The translations under genes were made by a program, and so were the position numbers. From Promethearchaeota archaeon (lineage in GTDB: Archaea; Asgardarchaeota; Lokiarchaeia; Sigyniarchaeales; SOKP01), in contig RDOE01000039.1 of assembly GCA_011364975.1 (NCBI GenBank), positions 1 to 31,766 on the forward strand: DNA of 31,766 bases, in the 5' to 3' direction. The notes below the pieces were generated by a model. That model saw nothing but the letters and a program-made list of their open reading frames with translations, was not told where the DNA came from and ran no database searches. This document shows positions 9,224 to 16,749 of this stretch, one piece after another (position 1 is the stretch's first letter; each line of letters begins with the position of its first letter).

Positions 9224-10327
9224 ATGGCGAAAACAATCAACAAAAACATAAATGTAGCAATAATTGGTGTAGGTGATGTAGCAAGTGCTCTCGTTCAGGG
9301 TGTGGAAAATTATAAAAAGAATCCGCAAAAAATAATTGGACTGTTACCAGAGATTACCCAATATAGTGTAAATGATATAAATTTTGTACTCGGAATCGAT
9401 GTTAATGCAAATCAAGTTGGGAAGGATTTAAGTGAAGCTATTTTTGTTGAACCTAATTGTAATATAAAGCTCTTTGAACCAAGTTTCCTTAATGCTCCTG
9501 TAATAAAAGGTCAAGTTTTAGATGGACTTGATAGTAATATTAAACATATTATTCCAGTGGATGAAAACCAAAAACCAGTAGACGTCAAAAAGGAATTAAA
9601 GGAAAAAAACGTTCATATAGCTGTAATTCTACTTCCGACAGGGTGCCATAAAGCAGTTAAATTTTATGCATCAGAGGCATTAGAGGCAGGTGCATGTATT
9701 ATTAATGGGATGCCATCTCATGTTGCGAAAGACCCGGAATTAGTTAAAAAGGCAGAAAAATTAAAGCTCTCATTAATTGGTGACGATATTAAATCACAGA
9801 TTGGCGCTACAATTATACATCGATCACTAGCGAATCTTTTTCCTATGCGAGGAGCAATTCTTGATAGAACAATTCAATTAGATTGGGGAGGTTCTTCTGA
9901 TTTCTGTAATTTATTAACTCCTAAACAAGATGGCAAGCTATTTTATGAAGAAGGAAAGCGACAATCGAAAACAGAGGCAGTTATAGCGAAACTTCAAAAT
10001 AGAGATAAAGTAGAATGCCAAATATCAGCAGTTGATTACATCCCATTTTTAAAAAACCAAAAAGAAGCTTATATGCGATTGGAAGGGAGGATTTTTGGAG
10101 GTGCTCCGGTGAGAATAGATATTACGATGTTTGTTGAAGATGGAAATAATAGTGCTGGCATTATCGCAGATTGTATTCGTATATCCAAAATTGCCAATGA
10201 CAGAAGGATAGGAGGAGTTCTTCATTCAGCATGTTCTTTTTTTAATAAACATCCACCTGAACAATTAGAAGATAATATTGCTAAAGAACACCTTATAGAA
10301 TTCATTCAAAATAAGCGGGAAAGATAA
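9224..10327 (+). CDS. ino1: myo-inositol-1-phosphate (inositol-3-phosphate) synthase family
   Basis: Rossmann motif IIGVGDVASALVQG, VGKDLSEAI, IGDDIKSQIGATIIHR, SKTEAV, DYIPFL, NSAG and KHPP. ATG 9224 is preferred over TTG 9206. Confidence 0.9.
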   Translation: MAKTINKNINVAIIGVGDVASALVQGVENYKKNPQKIIGLLPEITQYSVNDINFVLGIDVNANQVGKDLSEAIFVEPNCNIKLFEPSFLNAPVIKGQVLDGLDSNIKHIIPVDENQKPVDVKKELKEKNVHIAVILLPTGCHKAVKFYASEALEAGACIINGMPSHVAKDPELVKKAEKLKLSLIGDDIKSQIGATIIHRSLANLFPMRGAILDRTIQLDWGGSSDFCNLLTPKQDGKLFYEEGKRQSKTEAVIAKLQNRDKVECQISAVDYIPFLKNQKEAYMRLEGRIFGGAPVRIDITMFVEDGNNSAGIIADCIRISKIANDRRIGGVLHSACSFFNKHPPEQLEDNIAKEHLIEFIQNKRER

Positions 10328-10348
10328 ATTAAATAAGGAAAGTGTTAA

Positions 10349-11260
10349 TTAACTTTTTACACTTGCAAGTTTTTTAGAGGTTATTTCGTTACTATTAATA
10401 ATATTGTAAATATAATCACTAATCAAGCTAATAGCTTCAGGTATGCTCCTAAAACTAGGAAAATCGTTTACATCAACTATATATGCTCCATTATGAGTAT
10501 TTATATAGTCTAGACCATAAATTGACATACCGAATCTTTTCCCTAATCTAAGGATTCTCTTTTTTAGACGATTGTCTAAGGGAACACGAATATGGATAAG
10601 ATCCAAGGGGCTTAGATTTTCATACTCGTTAAGCCGATTGTGAGAAGTAATAGAAACTACCCATTGCCCGATAACGTAAACCTTATATAAAATTTCATGC
10701 TTTCCTAAATATTCTTGAAAAAAAAGCTCGTTTGCAGGGAAACTCTTAGTTAATTTAAGAAATTCTGTTTTGTTCGCAGCTATTCCGAGTATTCTATCAT
10801 TCTTTGGTAATTCGGGAATATTATGAGAATCTAACTTAATAATTAATTTTATACCTTTTTTACATGCTTTATAGGCATCTATTATAGAATCATAACTCCG
10901 TGGGATATTCAATTTCTTACATTTCTTTTCAATCAATCTAAAAGTTTCTCTTCTACTTTCGCAGCATTTTACAGAATCTGCATCATTAAGAATTGGTATT
11001 TGAGATGCATATTTTTCTATTGCTTCGTAAATTAGTTTATTAGATTGGCTGGATGTGAGTTTTAGTATTAAAAACGAAATTGTATACTTTTTTAAACGTT
11101 TTTGAAAGTATTTCTCATCAAAAACTTTATTATCGGGTTTGATTAAATCGATGATCGAAATATTATAATTTTTAAAAAGAAAATTTTTGATTTGCTCTAA
11201 TACTTCAATATCTCTATTACAAATGGCTCCAATGTATATTTTCTTAATATTGTTTGCCAT
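10349..11260 (-). CDS. ATP-grasp protein, ITPK1-like, copy B
   Basis: FLILKLT (cf. ITPK1 IIHKLT), PILND..SR, FQEYLGKHEILYKVYVIG and IYGLDYI..IVDVNDFPSF. Confidence 0.8.
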   Translation of the reverse strand: MANNIKKIYIGAICNRDIEVLEQIKNFLFKNYNISIIDLIKPDNKVFDEKYFQKRLKKYTISFLILKLTSSQSNKLIYEAIEKYASQIPILNDADSVKCCESRRETFRLIEKKCKKLNIPRSYDSIIDAYKACKKGIKLIIKLDSHNIPELPKNDRILGIAANKTEFLKLTKSFPANELFFQEYLGKHEILYKVYVIGQWVVSITSHNRLNEYENLSPLDLIHIRVPLDNRLKKRILRLGKRFGMSIYGLDYINTHNGAYIVDVNDFPSFRSIPEAISLISDYIYNIINSNEITSKKLASVKS

Positions 11261-11436
11261 TTAACCAAACCCTATTAATTTGAATGTTTAAAAACAAATC
11301 ATACTATATAAATGTATTGATATATTGAATCTATCAAATATAGTAATAAGGGGTTGCTCGGATACTATAATTTTAGGAAAAATACCAAATTATGGTAAAT
11401 TCGATAAAATTATTTATTTTTACTTGGATATTTAAA

Positions 11437-11451
11437 CACGAAATTTATATT
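11437..11451 (+). promoter_or_regulatory. Putative BRE/TATA for the ATP-grasp C/D-HAD operon
   Basis: CACGAAA-TTTATATT upstream of GGTGAT (11525-11530) and TTG 11536. Confidence 0.45.
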
Positions 11452-11535
11452 ACTAACATTTAACTTAAATTATTCAAGACGCGTAATACTTGAGAAAATT
11501 AACTAAACTGAACCCTTAAAAATTGGTGATTACTT

Positions 11536-12354
11536 TTGGTAAAAATTGGTTTAATTATTGATAAATATCATTTAGAGAAAAAAGTAATACAATTTTTAGA
11601 ATATTGCAGAAATGTAGCCGAAGTTAGCATATACATTGAAGAAGAGTATCTATTAGATTTCTCAGCCAACAAATTTAATGAAGATATCTTTTTTGCTAAA
11701 GCTAAAGGAGATTTAGTTTTGAGTATTGTAAAATTGATTGAAGAAAGCACTCAGATTCCAGTTATTAATTCTTCGAAAGGAATTTTTTTAGCTTTTAATC
11801 GTTTTTTAAATAGTGTTTTACTAAGAAAAGCAGGAATAAATATTCCAGATTTCTGTCTCCTTCCCTTAGGTTTAATGCCCCCTTTTAAAGAATATATTAT
11901 AAAAAATATTATTGATCAAAAAAATTATAGTTTCAATCCTAAAATTAATAAAGAAGAGGGTAACCTCAAAGTTATTGATATAAGAGCTTTAGAAGAAGCT
12001 GAGGGGATTAATGCAAAATATAATCATTTATATTATCAAGAATTTATAAAAAGCAAATGGGAATATAAAATATATACAATTGGCGAAGAACTTTACTTCT
12101 TCAAACAATTACCTATTTTAGTGAACCCTGATAAAATGAAATCTCGGACTGAGATTCCTAATATTCCAGAGATAGCTGAAATGGCTTACAAAGCAACCCA
12201 CATTCTAGATTTGGAGATAAGTTCAATAGATTTTTTAAAATCTAAAGAAGGTATATATTATTTAACAGATATTAATTCATCACCAAATTTTAATTATCTT
12301 AAAAATGGTCCCCAGATAGTAGGAGATTATTTAATAAGTAGAGCAAAAAGATGA
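11536..12354 (+). CDS. ATP-grasp protein, ITPK1/RimK-like, copy C
   Basis: PVINS..FNRF, YYQEFIKSKWEYKIYTIG and SIDFL..YLTDINSSPNF. GGTGAT SD lies before the TTG start. Confidence 0.75.
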   Translation: MVKIGLIIDKYHLEKKVIQFLEYCRNVAEVSIYIEEEYLLDFSANKFNEDIFFAKAKGDLVLSIVKLIEESTQIPVINSSKGIFLAFNRFLNSVLLRKAGINIPDFCLLPLGLMPPFKEYIIKNIIDQKNYSFNPKINKEEGNLKVIDIRALEEAEGINAKYNHLYYQEFIKSKWEYKIYTIGEELYFFKQLPILVNPDKMKSRTEIPNIPEIAEMAYKATHILDLEISSIDFLKSKEGIYYLTDINSSPNFNYLKNGPQIVGDYLISRAKR

Positions 12355-13154
12355 CAATTATGGAACCTTTAGAAATCGGAATTTTATCAAAACGAAATAA
12401 AGGCTTTACAGGAAAAATTAAAAGATATTATGAAAAAAAGGGTCATTCTGTAAAAATATTTTTAGAAGGAAATTTAAGTATTGATAATTCTCTCTTAGAA
12501 AAAGATTTTTATATATTAAAATCAAAACAGTTATTCTACCTTTATGCCGCATATTTTTTGGATTCCAATAATGTTATCGTAATTCCAGATACTTATATAA
12601 GTCATATATTTAAAAACAGAGTGGAATCTTATTTCTCATTACAAAAAAAAGGCTTTTTAACTCCTAAAGTTTATATGGGAAATGCCAAGAGTGTTAAAAG
12701 CCAATTAAGTATTAAAGAGTTTCCATTGGTTCAAAAACCAATTATGAGCTCAGGTAGTAAGGATATTCGTATAATTAAGTCAATAAACGATTTAGATCTT
12801 AATTCGGAAGAAGTAATATATCTAGAAAAATATATTGAGGGTAATCATTATTTAGTTTATTTTATAGAAAATGAAACATGTGTCTGCGAAAAGAAACCAT
12901 TAGCAAATGAACATCAAAAAGTAAAAATTATAGCTAGTGATTATGAGATTGAGCAACTCACATTACAATGGAAAGAGATATATAAATTAATGTTTGGTCA
13001 TTTAGATCTCATACGAGAACGTTCTACTAATAAATTATATATAGTAGACGTAGGAACATTTCCTGAATTCTCAAATTGGAGAGGATCAATTGATCCAATT
13101 AAAGCTATTGGTGATTCAATTTTATTTAAATATCAATTATTAAAGGGTAATTAA
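12351..13154 (+). CDS. ATP-grasp protein, ITPK1/RimK-like, copy D (degenerate motifs)
   Basis: FPLVQKPIMSSGS, YLEKYIEG and FGHLDLI..YIVDVGTFPEF. ATGA overlap with copy C. Confidence 0.72.
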   Translation: MTIMEPLEIGILSKRNKGFTGKIKRYYEKKGHSVKIFLEGNLSIDNSLLEKDFYILKSKQLFYLYAAYFLDSNNVIVIPDTYISHIFKNRVESYFSLQKKGFLTPKVYMGNAKSVKSQLSIKEFPLVQKPIMSSGSKDIRIIKSINDLDLNSEEVIYLEKYIEGNHYLVYFIENETCVCEKKPLANEHQKVKIIASDYEIEQLTLQWKEIYKLMFGHLDLIRERSTNKLYIVDVGTFPEFSNWRGSIDPIKAIGDSILFKYQLLKGN

Positions 13155-13155
13155 A

Positions 13156-14148
13156 ATCACTGAATATAAATTATCTAAAGATGTAGATGAAAAAATAAAA
13201 GCACGAGTTTTTAAAGCACAAAAAGTTCGTCTATATCGAATAAAAAACTTCATCTTTGATTTTGGCGGGGTTCTAATTGAAAAAACCTTCGTATTAAAGA
13301 ATTTATTTTCTATTCTTGAACATGATCTTAACTTTAAACTTCCTGATAAAGAAATAGACCCCTACATTAAAAAATGTAGAAGAAGGTTATCTTCTGGAAG
13401 AATATCTGCCCGTGAGTTTTTGGAAAAGATTCTAGAAAAATATTACTATCCAATTCAGAATAAAGAAGGGGCTTTACCGCCAAAAAGAGTGAATATTGAA
13501 TATTATCTCGAGTTATGGTTTAATCTTTATACTCAAGTAACTGATATTTCTTCCGATATGGCTGAAATTGTAGAACGGTTACATCAGGCGGGATTTTCCG
13601 TTAGTTTAATGTCAAATACCTATGCAATTCATGTCAAATCTAATCGGTTAAGAGGATTTTATGATGTATTTGATAATGTGTTCCTTTCTAATGAAATTGG
13701 TCTAATAAAACCAGACATAGAGAAATATAAATATATCTTAAGAAAGTTAGATACGAAACCTAAAAATTGCGTTTTTATTGATGATAAAATAACAAATTTA
13801 ATACCAGCTCGTGAACTAGGGATTATAGTTATAAAGTTTGAGTCCTTTGAAAAGTTTAAAGAAGATCTTACAAACTTAGGTATAAGCAAATTAAGTCCAA
13901 ATCTTAGAAAGGAAATTAAAAAGAAGTATGAACGGTATAAATCAAAAAAGAAGGAATATAAAAAAGCTAAGAAAGAATATAAAAAAGCAAAAAAAGAATA
14001 TCTAAAGAAAAATCATAGCAAAAAGAAAACAAAGAAGAAAAAAAAGGACTATCAAGCTAAACTAGATGATTATGAAAGAAAAAAAGCAGAATATAAGAAA
14101 GAGAAGGAAAAGAAAAAAGATTTAATTACAGAATTTCGTATTGAATAA
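13156..14148 (+). CDS. HAD-superfamily phosphatase (YihX-like, subfamily IA) with Lys-rich C-terminal tail; probable non-AUG start
   Basis: Frame is open from 13144. Motif I IKNFIFDFGGVL lies upstream of the ORF-track start at 13420. Motifs II-IV are LMSNT, KPD and FIDD. The C-terminal ~80 aa are very K/E/Y-rich. Confidence 0.85.
   Translation: MTEYKLSKDVDEKIKARVFKAQKVRLYRIKNFIFDFGGVLIEKTFVLKNLFSILEHDLNFKLPDKEIDPYIKKCRRRLSSGRISAREFLEKILEKYYYPIQNKEGALPPKRVNIEYYLELWFNLYTQVTDISSDMAEIVERLHQAGFSVSLMSNTYAIHVKSNRLRGFYDVFDNVFLSNEIGLIKPDIEKYKYILRKLDTKPKNCVFIDDKITNLIPARELGIIVIKFESFEKFKEDLTNLGISKLSPNLRKEIKKKYERYKSKKKEYKKAKKEYKKAKKEYLKKNHSKKKTKKKKKDYQAKLDDYERKKAEYKKEKEKKKDLITEFRIE
13948..14001 (+). repeat. 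21-bp coding tandem repeat (KKEYKKA x2.5)
   Basis: aagaaggaatataaaaaagct / aagaaagaatataaaaaagca / aaaaaagaatat. Confidence 0.8.
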
Positions 14149-14170
14149 TATAAAGAGAATAATATTTAAA

Positions 14171-15289
14171 TCAATCATGATTGTGTTCATGATCATGGTC
14201 ATGTTCTTTCTCAAAATCCTCTATTTTTTGTTGAACAGAATCCATGGGACTCGTTGGAATTGGCATTTTTTCGTAAATCTCGATAAATCTAACATTTCCA
14301 ATCTCCTCACCCATATGCGTTTGTAAATCCATCGCTAACCCAAATTTTAAGTAAGTAAGATTTTGAAACAGGAACATTTTAGGTATCGTAATTTCAAGTT
14401 CATTATCTTTTCCTCGTTGAATAACAAACTCTTTAATATTTTCTTTGGGAATCCCTTTTGAAAGCATGAAATATTCAATCTTTTCATCAAATGTTTCAAT
14501 TCTATCTATAACTTCTAGATTATAATCAATAGATTGTCCTGCAAGGGGATGATTGTAATCTACAATAACTTTACCTTGTGTAATGTTTGTTACTGTACCT
14601 CTTTGTCCTTTTTTGTTTGTAAATTCTTGTCCGTATTCTGGATTTTTTCCTTCATTTAACTTTCTAAACTTTGCAATGCCAATCCTCTCAATTTTTTGAG
14701 GATCTCTTTTACCAAAAGCTTTTTGAGGAGGAATGCGAACAGATTTTTTTACAAAAAATTCCATTTCTCTCACTGTTTCAGTTAAACCTTCATTTAAGAA
14801 ACCTGGCTTTCCAACGATTACAAACTCGGGAGTATAATACCCTTGTTTTGCTTTTTCTTCTTCATAGATTCCAGCTTTTTTTGCATCTTCTTCACTTGAA
14901 ACCCGAAAGATTTTACCTTTTTGAGTTCGCCCAGTTATTTTAAGAAGAACAAAATCACCCTCTCCAACTTTTTTTCCTTGCAACTTTTTCTTCTTTTGTT
15001 CTAGCAATTTTACTTCTTCATCAATTTCTTTCTGAAGTTTTTCTTCTAAGGTAGGTTCTACTGGTTTTGTAACAGTTTCTTCCAAAATTGGTTCCTTGGA
15101 AACACCCAATAATTCCTTTGCATTAGTTATAAATTTTTCAGCAGAAGCTTTTCCAATTCCCTTAAGCTTTACTAAATCATCCAAACTGGCATTAGCTAAT
15201 TTTTCAACTGTGTCTATACCTGCTTCACGAAGTGTTTCTTCTTTCTTACCTAATCCTTGTACATCTGCTAAATTCATAGTTCTTGTCAT
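14171..15289 (-). CDS. FKBP-type peptidyl-prolyl isomerase (long archaeal/SlyD-like) with N-terminal helix-hairpin-helix domain and His-rich tail
   Basis: N-terminal LREAGIDTVEKLA..LVKLKGIGKASAEK (HhH). FKBP motifs GDFVLL, IPPQKAFGKRDP and VDYNHPLAGQSIDY. C-terminus HDHDHEHNHD. Confidence 0.9.
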   Translation of the reverse strand: MTRTMNLADVQGLGKKEETLREAGIDTVEKLANASLDDLVKLKGIGKASAEKFITNAKELLGVSKEPILEETVTKPVEPTLEEKLQKEIDEEVKLLEQKKKKLQGKKVGEGDFVLLKITGRTQKGKIFRVSSEEDAKKAGIYEEEKAKQGYYTPEFVIVGKPGFLNEGLTETVREMEFFVKKSVRIPPQKAFGKRDPQKIERIGIAKFRKLNEGKNPEYGQEFTNKKGQRGTVTNITQGKVIVDYNHPLAGQSIDYNLEVIDRIETFDEKIEYFMLSKGIPKENIKEFVIQRGKDNELEITIPKMFLFQNLTYLKFGLAMDLQTHMGEEIGNVRFIEIYEKMPIPTSPMDSVQQKIEDFEKEHDHDHEHNHD

Positions 15290-15324
15290 CTATAACTGTT
15301 ATTGACTTAAAATAAGTAAGTTAT

Positions 15325-15368
15325 AAAATATATCATTGTTTTTAGATTTTTCTAAAATGATATATTTT
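15325..15368. promoter_or_regulatory. Long inverted repeat over the promoter region of the HhH-FKBP gene
   Basis: Perfect 13-bp arms AAAATATATCATT / AATGATATATTTT with an inner TTAGA-TTTT-TCTAA stem. Confidence 0.55.
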
Positions 15369-15557
15369 GGGGTTTTTTTCAATTATCAAATAAACTCTGA
15401 GGAACTTTTCATATTTAACAGACCCTAGATTAATAAATGAAATGAACTCTTCAATAAAATTTAACAATAAGTAAAATAGCTCAAAAATATAATGTAAGCT
15501 CTTTTACATTAAGAAGATATATGAGAAAAATTGGAATAGGAGCACAACGATAAGTAA

Positions 15558-16670
15558 TTAAGAAATGGGTTTCCAAATAATATTTAACTTACTCGCAAAA
15601 TCTTGAACTGTCTTCATCTCTTTTGAGGTAGGTCTACGATTTATTTCTGTATAATCTGCCGCATGATATTCTGGTCGAAACTGCCCCATGATATTAATTA
15701 CACAATTTGGTATTTCTTTAGCCACATATTCCAAAATTGGTTTTGAACAACACTCAATATGGTTAGGCATTACTAAATGACGAATAATAATCTCTCCACT
15801 TCCTTCATCATGAATTTTCTTTAAATTGCGAGTTATTACATCATAATAATTATCTATGCCTGAATATTTCTTAGCACATTCATTATTACCATACTTAAAA
15901 TCCGGAAGCCAAAAGTCCATAAAGTCTATGATAAGAGATAAAGATTTAGTAGTTAGAAAAAAATTGGAGTTCCAGAGCTGTGTTATGTTCGATCGTTGAT
16001 AATTTAGATTGCCCAAAATCGTATGAATGTTAGGAATTGGATCTCCCCCCACATAATTTATGTTGATTGCTCCTTTATTAACAAGGTTATCTGCTAACTC
16101 GGCTAACTTTTTCGAATCTACTTTTTGAGCAACCTCTTCGATATTTTTTTTTCCTTTCCAAGCTTGCGAAATATCATAGTTTTGACAGAATACACATCCA
16201 AAATTACATCCTTGGAAAAAGATTGTTCCACTTGGAATGAGAGGTGCCTCTTCTCCCATATGTAAAAATGCAGAAGAAACATAGGAGTCCTTTGAAATTA
16301 AACAGTAACCTTTTTCATTATCAATTCTATTTATTCTGCATTGACGTTCACAGAAGATACACTCTTCTAAATATTTTATCGCTAAAGTCTCTGACAATGT
16401 TAGATAATTCTTTGACACAATCTCTCTTTCTTGATGAGTTTGAAAGTTTTGTGTCAGGATTTCATTGAATTCTTTTGATCTTTGACTAAGTAAGATTTCC
16501 AAATTCTCAATAGAATCGCTTGGTGAATACTCACAAGCAATGGTTTTGGCTACTAAATATCGAGCGACCTGATGATTATCGATAATACCACGATATCTGC
16601 CAAATCTCTTTCTAATTTCATCGTTTTGCCAGACCGATAACGAATCGGGTCTTAGTATTCTATAAACCAT
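15558..16670 (-). CDS. Radical SAM protein, PflX family (PFL-activating-enzyme-like)
   Basis: CIFCERQC cluster, HMGEEAPLIPSGTIFFQGCNFGCVFCQN (CxxxCxxC), NYVGGDP, LPDFKYGN and IIRHLVMP. Confidence 0.9.
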   Translation of the reverse strand: MVYRILRPDSLSVWQNDEIRKRFGRYRGIIDNHQVARYLVAKTIACEYSPSDSIENLEILLSQRSKEFNEILTQNFQTHQEREIVSKNYLTLSETLAIKYLEECIFCERQCRINRIDNEKGYCLISKDSYVSSAFLHMGEEAPLIPSGTIFFQGCNFGCVFCQNYDISQAWKGKKNIEEVAQKVDSKKLAELADNLVNKGAININYVGGDPIPNIHTILGNLNYQRSNITQLWNSNFFLTTKSLSLIIDFMDFWLPDFKYGNNECAKKYSGIDNYYDVITRNLKKIHDEGSGEIIIRHLVMPNHIECCSKPILEYVAKEIPNCVINIMGQFRPEYHAADYTEINRRPTSKEMKTVQDFASKLNIIWKPIS

Positions 16671-16749
16671 TATTATTATACTAGAATTTATGGCTAATAT
16701 GAATTATGATATAAAATATTGAATTAAAATGAGAATAAACATAATCCTA

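Noticed and set aside
13142-13150. A_AAG_GGT slippery-like heptamer at the end of ATP-grasp D suggesting a -1 frameshift fusion to the HAD
   Set aside because: The -1 frame hits TAA immediately (13148-13150). The HAD is in the +1 frame.
6721-13154. Annotating the four ATP-grasp proteins as RimK/LysX/CofF peptide ligases
   Set aside because: They have Asp rather than Glu in the terminal metal-binding motif, A and B match ITPK1 signatures, and they surround MIPS. The ligase reading is kept only as an alternative, mainly for C and D.
14141-14326. 61-aa hydrophobic ORF after the HAD gene
   Set aside because: Its Met/Ile/Val run is the antisense reading of the His/Asp-rich tail of the FKBP gene.
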